DNA of 64,000 bases from Akkermansiaceae bacterium (GTDB taxonomy: Bacteria > Verrucomicrobiota > Verrucomicrobiia > Verrucomicrobiales > Akkermansiaceae). The notes beneath the pieces are model-generated. The model was not told the origin of the DNA, made no database searches, and saw nothing but the letters and a program-made list of their open reading frames with translations. Positions 8,502 to 16,671 of the stretch are shown here, piece after piece. Where the stretch lies: positions 5,849-69,848 of the forward strand of contig JANYEC010000026.1 of assembly GCA_025363295.1 (NCBI GenBank), read 5' to 3'. Numbering within the stretch: position 1 is the stretch's first letter; every line of letters starts with the position of its first letter. Made by a program: the position numbers and the translations under genes.

Positions 8502-9262
8502 CCGCGCATGACGGTGACGACGAAGACCTTTTGGAATCCACCGCGACGGAGGATTTTCGCGCACTCATCCACGGTCGAACCCGTGGTGAAGACATCGTCA
8601 ACGAGCACGGCGCCGGACGACTTTTGATCGATCCAACGGCGGCCTCGCTGAGTGAGAACAAAAGCTCCCCGCAGGTTTTCCAAACGTTGCGCACGGGTTA
8701 GACGGGTTTGCGTTTCAGTGGCTCGGGCCCGCTGCAAGCCGTGGAGCACGGGCAATCCTGAGAAGTTAGAGATGACTCTGGAAATTTCCGCCGCTTGATT
8801 GAAATGCCGATGCTGTTGGCGCTTCGGGTGCAGTGGCACAGGAATCAAAGGCCACTCACCCTCTAACGCTGGAGCGAGGCGTGGATCGGCAAATGACTCG
8901 TATGCGAGCCGGCCAAGTTCCTTCGCGAGGTGGATTTCACGGCCATATTTTAAGCGATGGACCATGTCGAGAGTCCGCTCATCCCGCACCGTGGAAGAGC
9001 GGGCGAATTCGAAGGAAAACTTCAAATTGCTGCAATTTGGACAGGTGAAAATCCCATCGATCTGCCCTTCAAACGCCTCGCCACAGGTGCCGCAAAATGG
9101 CGGGGCAAGTCTCGGCAGATCCCCGTCGCATGAATCGCACAAGGCCCTGCCACCTGATAGACCAACCTTACAAACCGCACAGACAGGCGGATAGAGCAAA
9201 TCCAGTGCCCGTTCGGCGAGTTTCCGCCAGGCGCGGGTTTCAGGAGGTCGCGGCGGTGGCAT
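8498..9262 (-). CDS. comF: ComF family protein (double zinc ribbon + PRTase-like domain)
   Basis: CAVC..CDSC, CGTC..CPNC, PVPLHPKR...FNQA, VLVDDVFTTGST. Confidence 0.9.
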   Translation of the reverse strand: MPPPRPPETRAWRKLAERALDLLYPPVCAVCKVGLSGGRALCDSCDGDLPRLAPPFCGTCGEAFEGQIDGIFTCPNCSNLKFSFEFARSSTVRDERTLDMVHRLKYGREIHLAKELGRLAYESFADPRLAPALEGEWPLIPVPLHPKRQQHRHFNQAAEISRVISNFSGLPVLHGLQRARATETQTRLTRAQRLENLRGAFVLTQRGRRWIDQKSSGAVLVDDVFTTGSTVDECAKILRRGGFQKVFVVTVMRG

Positions 9263-10253
9263 CAGTCTCGGTCTCTGTTTCAGTTAGGTAATCAATCATG
9301 ATCCCGGCGATGAGAATCCCAGTGAGCGGGACAAGTCCCTGGCGCATCGATGCACCTGCTAGAACCCACATCATCGAACTCGGTGGATTCACGGCCACGG
9401 TCACGACCCCCATGATTCCATTCACAAAAATCCAGCCCGCGTTAAGTCCGATCGGCAACCAAAGTGAAGCGGTCCGCCAGCGGGCGAATGCGAGCACGCA
9501 ACCGAGCGCAAGCAAGGGCACAAAACTATCGACTAACATCCGCAGATCCGAGAATTGGCCTATCACCTTTTTTAACAATTCAAATCCTATACCAGCAGCA
9601 TCGGGATCGGCGACGTTCAAGCCGGGCGGGGGTATCAGGAAAAACACCAGCGCGCAAAGGATCGCAGACAACCCGAGCGCTGCCGAAGGACGCATTGCAC
9701 GAAGGAAAATCCCCATGGCCACGCCACGAAACAAAAACTCCTGCACCCCCGCTAACCCAAATGCGACCAAGGCCGTTAGAAGAATCCATTGAACACCTCC
9801 CGTCGCAGGCTGCCGCCACTCGAAAATCCCACCCGCCATGAGAATGCCGCCGAGCAATAAAAACACCACAGTCACCACCAAAAATCCACGTAGGCAATGA
9901 CGAATGGCACTCGGGTTTTTCGACAAGCGCTGCCCGTTTTCCAGCGGCCTTTTGCCATCCTGTCTGGCGGCTGAGCCATTCAAACCCCTTCCTCCATGGA
10001 GCCATCCAACAAAAGGCAGAAACAAAACCAGGCCCCCAAAAATCAAACTCAAAACAAAATAAGTGGGAAAGTTAGCCACCCGGCAAAGGTCCGCCAACCA
10101 CTCGACCACCCCGTTCGTTTGCTTCACAGATGAAACTTCTGCCAAAGCCTTTCCGGCATTGTATAACAAGGGAGAAATCCATGCTCCCAGCATCACCGAG
10201 GCCACGGCGTAGAGCCACACCTTCAGGACATCGCTGAGAGCTTCGTTACGCAT
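9240..10253 (-). CDS. CPBP family membrane protein, catalytic motifs degenerate
   Basis: QEFLFRG (for EE..FRG), CALVFF (His missing), IGLNAGW (His to Asn). Clear paralog of 7527-8501. Confidence 0.8.
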   Translation of the reverse strand: MRNEALSDVLKVWLYAVASVMLGAWISPLLYNAGKALAEVSSVKQTNGVVEWLADLCRVANFPTYFVLSLIFGGLVLFLPFVGWLHGGRGLNGSAARQDGKRPLENGQRLSKNPSAIRHCLRGFLVVTVVFLLLGGILMAGGIFEWRQPATGGVQWILLTALVAFGLAGVQEFLFRGVAMGIFLRAMRPSAALGLSAILCALVFFLIPPPGLNVADPDAAGIGFELLKKVIGQFSDLRMLVDSFVPLLALGCVLAFARWRTASLWLPIGLNAGWIFVNGIMGVVTVAVNPPSSMMWVLAGASMRQGLVPLTGILIAGIMIDYLTETETETDATAATS

Positions 10254-10322
10254 CTGGAAAGCCTAGCCACTCGCCCGCGATTGGCCATACCAAATCGCTG
10301 GCAGGCCTGCCGTTCAGGGCAT

Positions 10323-11435
10323 TTACGGAATGTGGCACCTCGTCACCCTCGGCGTAATGCAGGTGAAAATCTCCCAAACGATGGTGCCTGCTTTTTCAGC
10401 GATTTCATCCACGAGAATGTTAGGGCCGAATATTTCAACTTCATCTCCTTCTATCACATCGTCGGCACCGGTCACATCGACCATGAGTTGATCCATGGTG
10501 ACTCGGCCGAGAATCGGGAAACGCCGACCCCGCAGCCAAACCTCCGCACCTTTACCAGAGACATGACGCGGGTATCCATCACCATAACCGATGCCAACGG
10601 TTGCGACACGAGTCGGTTTCGTGGTCACAAATTGCCGGCCGTAAGAAACCCCGTGCCCGGTAGGCAATGTCCGGACCAAGGTCACACGGGATTTCAGCGT
10701 CATCACGGTGATCAGTTTTTCCTGAAACCCTGGCAGCGGTGAGACTCCGTAAAGCAGCAGCCCCGGACGTGATAGATTGCACGCGTCCTTATCATAGCCG
10801 AGCAGTCCCGCGCTGTTGGATAAATGAATCCACTTGAATCGCTGTGGGCCACCGAGTTCATCGATGATTGATCGAAAGCGTCTGAATTGGCTCTCCGTAA
10901 ACTCTTTGTCCTCGTCCGCAGAGGGTAGATGCGAGCCGATCCCCTCAATCTCAAGATTCTTTAGCAGATCAAGTCGCCGCATCGATTCTACCAGATGATC
11001 CGCCACAAATCCGCCACGGCCCATGCCTGTGTCCACGGCGATGTGGACCTTGAGCCGCTTCTGATAGCGGGCGGCGAGCCGATTGAATTGTTCCGCCTCC
11101 TCCACCGTGGAAATGCAAGGCGTCCAGTCACGGGCGACAATCTCTTCGCGCTCTTCCGACCAGGTCGCGCCTAGCAGATAGATCCGCGTTTCTACTCCAG
11201 CATTTCGGATGCGGCGAGCCTCGCCCACATTCGCGACGCCAAAAAAAACGATGTTTTCGTTAGCGAGGGATCGGGCGATCTCCTCAAGTCCGTGACCGTA
11301 TGCGCCAGCCTTCACCACCGCCATCAGCGCTCCACCACCGAAGGCTTCGCGGGCGACCGCGAGATTCTTCTTCATCGCCCCAAGGTCGATTTCCGCCCAA
11401 GCACGCGGCGGTGAAACAGGATATGAATCGTTCAC
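10323..11435 (-). CDS. alr: alanine racemase (likely GTG start 11435; track ORF to 11711)
   Basis: AWAEIDL, AVVKAGAYGHG (PLP lysine), DTGMGRGG, RPGLLLYG, GYGDGYPR, GRVTMDQ. Confidence 0.96.
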   Translation of the reverse strand: MNDSYPVSPPRAWAEIDLGAMKKNLAVAREAFGGGALMAVVKAGAYGHGLEEIARSLANENIVFFGVANVGEARRIRNAGVETRIYLLGATWSEEREEIVARDWTPCISTVEEAEQFNRLAARYQKRLKVHIAVDTGMGRGGFVADHLVESMRRLDLLKNLEIEGIGSHLPSADEDKEFTESQFRRFRSIIDELGGPQRFKWIHLSNSAGLLGYDKDACNLSRPGLLLYGVSPLPGFQEKLITVMTLKSRVTLVRTLPTGHGVSYGRQFVTTKPTRVATVGIGYGDGYPRHVSGKGAEVWLRGRRFPILGRVTMDQLMVDVTGADDVIEGDEVEIFGPNILVDEIAEKAGTIVWEIFTCITPRVTRCHIP

Positions 11436-11592
11436 GTCGATGAAGTTAGGACGCTGTGCGAAACTGGCAAGCACTGGGTTGAAAGGGCTTGGCAGCTCAA
11501 AGGGCACGAGAGGTGGTATGCGTGGTGAACTGACGCCGCTAGAAGGCCGTAAAGCGAGTAGCGTAGATGCTCTCGGAGGCCATGAAGTCAGT

Positions 11593-11988
11593 TTAGCGTT
11601 TGATGACCTGCGGCGCGATTTCACGGAGAATCGGCAGATCGGCGTCAGCCCATGGGAGTTTGTAGAAATTTTCGGGAGCACACCAAAGAAGAGCTTCATG
11701 CTCATTTGCATGAAGCTCTCCTTCGGAAATTTTGCAGCGAAACGGAAGCAGTCGGATCGTTCTATCAGGATATGCGTAGATCACCGGAGTGAGTGAAGTC
11801 ACGATTTCCACATCGACTGAAAGCTCCTCTCGCATTTCGCGAATGAGGGCGGCGATTGGAGTTTCACCTGGATCGACTTTCCCACCTGGAAACTCCCACA
11901 GGCCACCCAAATGTTTCCCTTGGGGGCGCAAACAGGCGAGGTATCGCCCTTCCAAATCCTCAATCACTCCGCAAACAACATCTATCAT
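11593..11988 (-). CDS. mutT: MutT/NUDIX pyrophosphohydrolase
   Basis: Nudix box WEFPGGKVDPGETPIAALIREMREELSV; C-terminal WADADLPI. Confidence 0.88.
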   Translation of the reverse strand: MIDVVCGVIEDLEGRYLACLRPQGKHLGGLWEFPGGKVDPGETPIAALIREMREELSVDVEIVTSLTPVIYAYPDRTIRLLPFRCKISEGELHANEHEALLWCAPENFYKLPWADADLPILREIAPQVIKR

Positions 11989-12295
11989 TACCGGGAATTT
12001 AGCGCGAAGTGACGCGTTTGGTCGAGTATCCAGTATCGATTTTTGGGTCAATCAGGGGAAACCAGTGCTCTCAAATGCCGTTTTGTCGGAATAAGAGCTT
12101 TCAGGTACACTGAGGCAAATTTTTTCCTAAATTAGGAAGATTTTACCCAATTGCGGCGCTTTTTTAATAAGTTTTATATCCCAAGCTCCTATTAAAACTC
12201 GATAATTTCTAAAATTTAATCCCAGACTACAATTGTAACTCACTCATTTTAAGTAATTTAAAAATTTATTATGTTTTTCCTAATTTCTCCTTGAT

Positions 12296-12320
12296 GTGGG
12301 AGTGTATTTCAGTGTATCTC
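12296..12320 (+). promoter_or_regulatory. candidate MraZ operator (10-bp-phased direct repeats)
   Basis: GTGGG followed by AGTGTATTTC AGTGTATCTC immediately upstream of mraZ, in an AT-rich intergenic region. MraZ is known to bind short direct repeats at 10-bp spacing. Confidence 0.35.
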
Positions 12321-12336
12321 TTAACCGCTGACGCGA

Positions 12337-12804
12337 TTGTCCGCTTTTCCAATGATCACCGACGACCAACGCTACAAGGGTTTTACGCCCTACAAGATGG
12401 ACCCGAAGTTTCGGGTATCCATCCCGACGGCTTGGCGTCCTGAGGCAAACGTGCCTTTGTTCCTTCAATTCTCCATGGTGCATGACATGCCGGTGGTGAA
12501 GGTGTTGAGCACGGAGGCCTACACTGAAAAAGTCGCGTTGATCAAAGGCAGCGACAAAACGCCTGCTGAAAAAGGCAAGCTTCTGGGGAAACTCGCCATG
12601 CTTTGCCGCGAGGTGACTTTGAACGACCAAGGCAAGCTGCTGGTTCCTAAAGACCTCAGCGAAAAAGCGGGCATCACCGCTGAATCTGATGTGGTTCTGG
12701 CTGGCCGTGGCATTTTCTTCGAAGTCTGGAGCAAGTCAAACCACGACAAGGTTCTCGTCATCGAGACCCGCGAAGAGGAAGACGACGATCTCGGAATTTT
12801 CTAA
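12337..12804 (+). CDS. mraZ: dcw cluster transcriptional repressor MraZ
   Basis: Two SpoVT/AbrB-like halves (MDPKFRVSIP; LNDQGKLLVP...GRGIFFEVW); first gene before rsmH. Confidence 0.9.
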   Translation: MSAFPMITDDQRYKGFTPYKMDPKFRVSIPTAWRPEANVPLFLQFSMVHDMPVVKVLSTEAYTEKVALIKGSDKTPAEKGKLLGKLAMLCREVTLNDQGKLLVPKDLSEKAGITAESDVVLAGRGIFFEVWSKSNHDKVLVIETREEEDDDLGIF

Positions 12805-12844
12805 CTTTCCCAAACACTCACCCACCACACACCCAACAGCAGCA

Positions 12845-14410
12845 ATGTTGTTCACCCCACCAACTCTGGCACTTGAAGCGGTCCGCAATACGGCGGCTTC
12901 GGTCGCTCTCGCTCAAGCGTCAGGGTTGGGACTCTTTCTATATGGATGCGCCGAATTCCTCGGGACAGGAGCAAGCGCATCACAACAAACGGATTCCCGC
13001 ACCGCTCCTGGCTGGTTGTCGGTGCGGGGTCCGGTTACTTTCATGGCTGGGCGCACGAAGTCTCTCGGGACAGAGCTTTTCGCGCTTTTTGAAACGATGG
13101 TCCGCACTGCTTCTGGCTGGTTGCCAGTGCGGCCATCGCAAATTTTCTATCAAAGACAGAACCAAGGGCTCGGGACAGCGCAAGGTTTTGTCGATCAAAC
13201 AGATGTCCGCACCGCTCCTGGCTGGTTGTCGGCGCGGCGTCTGGTGACTTTCATGGCTGGGCGTAAGAGGTCTCTCGGGACAGAGCTTCTCTCGCTTTTT
13301 GAAACGATGTGCCGCACCGCTCCTGGCTGGTTGTCAGTGCGGCCATCGCAAATTTTCTATCAAAAGCAAAACCATGGGCTCGGGACAGCACGAGGTTTTG
13401 TCGAACTAACGGATGCCTGCGCTACTTCTGGCTGGTTGTCAGCGCAGGCTTCCGTCGATTTTTCAGAGGCTCCGGTGAATTCCGGAAACTATCATCACCC
13501 GGTTTTTCCGATCGAGACTGCCCATTGGATTGGTGCTGCTCCAGATAAGTTCATTATCGACGGCACGCTGGGTGGCGGAGGACATAGCGAGATTTTTCTC
13601 AAAGCTGGGGCTCGAGTGTTAGGGGTTGATCGCGATCCAGAGGCCTTGGCTCACGCAAAGGCAAGGCTTGCCATCTTCGGAAACCGCTTTTCCACATGGG
13701 AGGGCAACTTCTCACAGATTCAGGAAATCCCCGAGATCCAAAGGGGGGAACGGGCTGATGGCCTGCTGATGGATCTCGGGGTTTCTTCGCGTCAGTTAGA
13801 TTCAGCAGTTCGTGGATTTTCCTTTATGCGAGAAGGTCCACTGGACATGCGGATGGGGCCATCCAGTCCGCGCACTGCCGCAGACGTGGTGAATCACTGG
13901 GCGGAAGCGGACCTTGTGAAAATTCTGTTTGAATTCGGTGAAGAATCGAAAGCACGCCGGATCGCGGGAGCAGTTGTTAGACAGCGTGCCGAGAAGCCAT
14001 TCGCCACCACCCTGGACCTTGCAACTTGCGTCGAGCGCGCGATTGGTCGCAAAGGCCGCACGCACCCGGCCACCAAAACATTTCAAGCAATTCGGATGGC
14101 AGTGAATGAAGAGTTAGAATCACTTGCCACCGCACTCGCCGCCGCACCGTCGGTTCTCAAGCCCGGAGGTCGTTTGCTGATTATCACTTTTCACAGTTTG
14201 GAGGATCGGATGGTGAAGCGGTTTTTAAAACACCGATCCACCGAATTTCTTGATGATCCGGGGTGGCCCGAGCCCCGCCCGAATCCGGATTACCAATTCC
14301 GGCTGCTGGCGAGAAAAGCCATCATCCCCACCGCTGAGGAAACATCCCTGAACCCGCGAGCCCGCAGTGCAAAACTGCGGGTTGCCCAGCTTTTAGACCC
14401 CAAGCTATGA
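12845..14410 (+). CDS. rsmH: 16S rRNA m4C1402 methyltransferase RsmH/MraW; start either ATG 12845 (repeat-containing extension) or GTG 13475
   Basis: HHPVFPIE, IDGTLGGGGHS, DLGVSSRQLD, GPLDMRM, HPATKTFQAIRMAVNEEL, ITFHSLEDRMVK, NPRARSAKLR. Confidence 0.95.
   Translation: MLFTPPTLALEAVRNTAASVALAQASGLGLFLYGCAEFLGTGASASQQTDSRTAPGWLSVRGPVTFMAGRTKSLGTELFALFETMVRTASGWLPVRPSQIFYQRQNQGLGTAQGFVDQTDVRTAPGWLSARRLVTFMAGRKRSLGTELLSLFETMCRTAPGWLSVRPSQIFYQKQNHGLGTARGFVELTDACATSGWLSAQASVDFSEAPVNSGNYHHPVFPIETAHWIGAAPDKFIIDGTLGGGGHSEIFLKAGARVLGVDRDPEALAHAKARLAIFGNRFSTWEGNFSQIQEIPEIQRGERADGLLMDLGVSSRQLDSAVRGFSFMREGPLDMRMGPSSPRTAADVVNHWAEADLVKILFEFGEESKARRIAGAVVRQRAEKPFATTLDLATCVERAIGRKGRTHPATKTFQAIRMAVNEELESLATALAAAPSVLKPGGRLLIITFHSLEDRMVKRFLKHRSTEFLDDPGWPEPRPNPDYQFRLLARKAIIPTAEETSLNPRARSAKLRVAQLLDPKL
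12959..13483 (+). repeat. five tandem 105-bp units (A/B alternating), each with a CTCGGGACAG box and a hairpin; putative cis-regulatory RNA array
   Basis: CTCGGGACAG at 12959, 13064, 13169, 13274 and 13379. Hairpins at 12997, 13102, 13207, 13312 and 13416 with loop CTYCTGGCTGGTTGY and covarying stems. Confidence 0.92.
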
Positions 14411-14748
14411 ATCGCCGCCGTAACGAAACTCGCCCTTCCTTTGCGATCTTTTTCGCGGTGATTCTTTCTGCTGCTATCGTTGCCGGAGGTGGTGTTCTCC
14501 ACGCGTTCTATAAAAACCGACAAGTCACCATTACCCGTGAGATTGATGCGACGGATCGTCGGATCGAGCAATATCATCTCGATATTCGCACCACGGAAAT
14601 GCGGATGGACCAGTTGCTCAACCGCTTCGTCATCCGTAAACAGATAGAGGAAAACGGATCCACGTTACGTCCGATTCCGATGGGTGTCGTGGAACAAATC
14701 GACCCCGCGAATTTTGCCCGTCACAGTGTCGCCTCCACCGAGCCTTAG
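14407..14748 (+). CDS. FtsL-like cell division protein
   Basis: Short basic N-terminus, single TM and coiled-coil; canonical position between rsmH and ftsI. Confidence 0.65.
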   Translation: MNRRRNETRPSFAIFFAVILSAAIVAGGGVLHAFYKNRQVTITREIDATDRRIEQYHLDIRTTEMRMDQLLNRFVIRKQIEENGSTLRPIPMGVVEQIDPANFARHSVASTEP

Positions 14749-14751
14749 TCT

Positions 14752-16671
14752 GTGAAATTCACTTTTCAATCCCGCTGCATTTTCCTGTGCTCGATCCTTG
14801 TGGTCGGGCTCAGTGTGCTTTCGGCTAGATTGGTGCAAATTCAGTTAGTGGATCGCCATCGCTATGCGGAAAGCTCGCGGAAGGCGTTTCACCGGGTTGA
14901 GAAATTACCCGCGCTGCGCGGAATGATCGTGGATCGTCGCGAGGAGCCTCTGGCGAAAAGCATCCCTGTTTCGACGGTCTTCATTGATAAGAACCACCTC
15001 ATGGATGCTAAACTCGCCGCTTACGGACTCGCCTACGAGCAGGCAAGCAGCGAACCAGGGTGGGATAAGCTCAATCTAACGAAACAACGTCGCAGAATCA
15101 ACGCGCTCCGTGGTGAATTGTTAGCGAGCGAAAAGGCGGACGTCATCGTTCAAAAACATCTGGCGTACTCTGTTGGCATCTTATCTCGTCCGCTCGGCAT
15201 GCGACGCGAGGAGCTACGTGATAAAATCGAAAACAGCAAAGGCAAGTGGGTGCCAATTGCCAAAGATCTTCCAGAAGACGTTGCGGATCGCCTGCGCGAC
15301 GAAATTGATAGTCACTGGATTCAAGGGTTTGAATTCGAAAACTCGATCAAACGTTGGTACACCGCACCTAACCTCGCGACGCACTTGATCGGCTTCACTG
15401 GCGAGGTAGAGGAAACCGATGACGACGGGAAATCCCACACCAAGGTTCTCGGGCGTTTCGGGATCGAGTCCTCCATGGAAGATTTTCTAGCAGGTTCTGA
15501 CGGCTCCCGAGAACATTTCCGGGATGCGCGTGGCCTTCTGGTTCCGGGGACTTCAGCCAGCTTGCGTCCTCCGCGTTCGGGATTAAACGTGCAACTCACC
15601 ATCGACATGGGGATTCAGTCCATCGTTGAAGAGGAGTTGGACGCAGGACTTGCCGAATTTGAATCGATGCGCGGTGCCGCCATTCTGATGGACCCGCATA
15701 CGGGTGAGATTCTTGGCATGGCCAGTCGGCCGCAGTTTGATCTGAACCATAAAGAGAACATTGCTGAAAACGGTTATAACTATGCCATTCAAGCGATTTA
15801 CGAGCCTGGTTCGACCATAAAAATTGTCGCCACATCCGGTGCGCTCAATGAAGGATTGGTGACACCATTTACCTCTATCAATTGCCAGAACGGATTCTAT
15901 CAGGATGGGAATGTCGTGCTCAAGGACGATCACCCTGCCGGTCAGCTCACATTCGAGGGGGTACTTCAACATTCCAATAACATCGGCACCTATAAAATCG
16001 GCAGGCAGTTAGGAAGCGGGCGATTCTACGACTATCTCCACAAATATGGGTTTGGCCGGAAAACGGGGATTCTGCTGAGTGGCGAAAGCTCTGGAATTGC
16101 TAGGAACACCGGGAACCCCGTCGATTTCTCTCGCGCCTGTTTTGGCTATGCCACGAATGTTACTCCGCTGCAGTTGACCTGTGCGTATTCCGCGATTGCC
16201 AGTGACGGCCAGCTCAGGAAGCCCCACATCATTAAATCGCTCGTCGCTAACGATGGGACAGTCGTGGAAAGTTATGCGCCAGAAGTCGTGAACCGAGTGA
16301 TTTCCGCCAAGGCCGCAGGCCAGATGCGGACTGCTTTGGAGAAGGTTATTGAGAAGGGTGGGACTGCAACTCTCGCTGCTGTGCCTGGTTTCAAGGGTGC
16401 TGGCAAAACCGGAACCGTTCAAAAGCATAACCCCAAAGGCGGGTACTTCGAAGGAAGTTATATTGTTTCTTTCGTCGGCATGATGCCTTCGCAAAATCCA
16501 GCGTTCGTTTGTTTGGTAGTGGTAGATGATCCTCATACTCACAAGGTCACCCGATACGGTGGAACGATCGCTGCACCTATCTATCGAAAAATTGCGACTC
16601 GGGTCGCAGCTTACATGAACTTACAACCGACCGAAGCCATAACACCTGCGCTTGCAACTGCTGACCGATGA
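14752..16671 (+). CDS. ftsI: class B penicillin-binding protein (FtsI/PBP3-like)
   Basis: N-terminal TM, RGMIVDR, SxxK (EPGSTIK), SxN (HSNN), KTG (GKTGT). Confidence 0.93.
   Translation: MKFTFQSRCIFLCSILVVGLSVLSARLVQIQLVDRHRYAESSRKAFHRVEKLPALRGMIVDRREEPLAKSIPVSTVFIDKNHLMDAKLAAYGLAYEQASSEPGWDKLNLTKQRRRINALRGELLASEKADVIVQKHLAYSVGILSRPLGMRREELRDKIENSKGKWVPIAKDLPEDVADRLRDEIDSHWIQGFEFENSIKRWYTAPNLATHLIGFTGEVEETDDDGKSHTKVLGRFGIESSMEDFLAGSDGSREHFRDARGLLVPGTSASLRPPRSGLNVQLTIDMGIQSIVEEELDAGLAEFESMRGAAILMDPHTGEILGMASRPQFDLNHKENIAENGYNYAIQAIYEPGSTIKIVATSGALNEGLVTPFTSINCQNGFYQDGNVVLKDDHPAGQLTFEGVLQHSNNIGTYKIGRQLGSGRFYDYLHKYGFGRKTGILLSGESSGIARNTGNPVDFSRACFGYATNVTPLQLTCAYSAIASDGQLRKPHIIKSLVANDGTVVESYAPEVVNRVISAKAAGQMRTALEKVIEKGGTATLAAVPGFKGAGKTGTVQKHNPKGGYFEGSYIVSFVGMMPSQNPAFVCLVVVDDPHTHKVTRYGGTIAAPIYRKIATRVAAYMNLQPTEAITPALATADR

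Noticed and set aside
11436-11592. 157-bp gap between mutT and alr as a possible riboswitch or sRNA
   Set aside because: No recognisable motif or strong stem; the long upstream extension of the alr track ORF overlaps mutT and is probably not translated.
12959-13483. CRISPR interpretation of the 105-bp periodic array
   Set aside because: The 'spacers' are themselves repeated (A/B alternation), the period is too long, and no cas genes are present.
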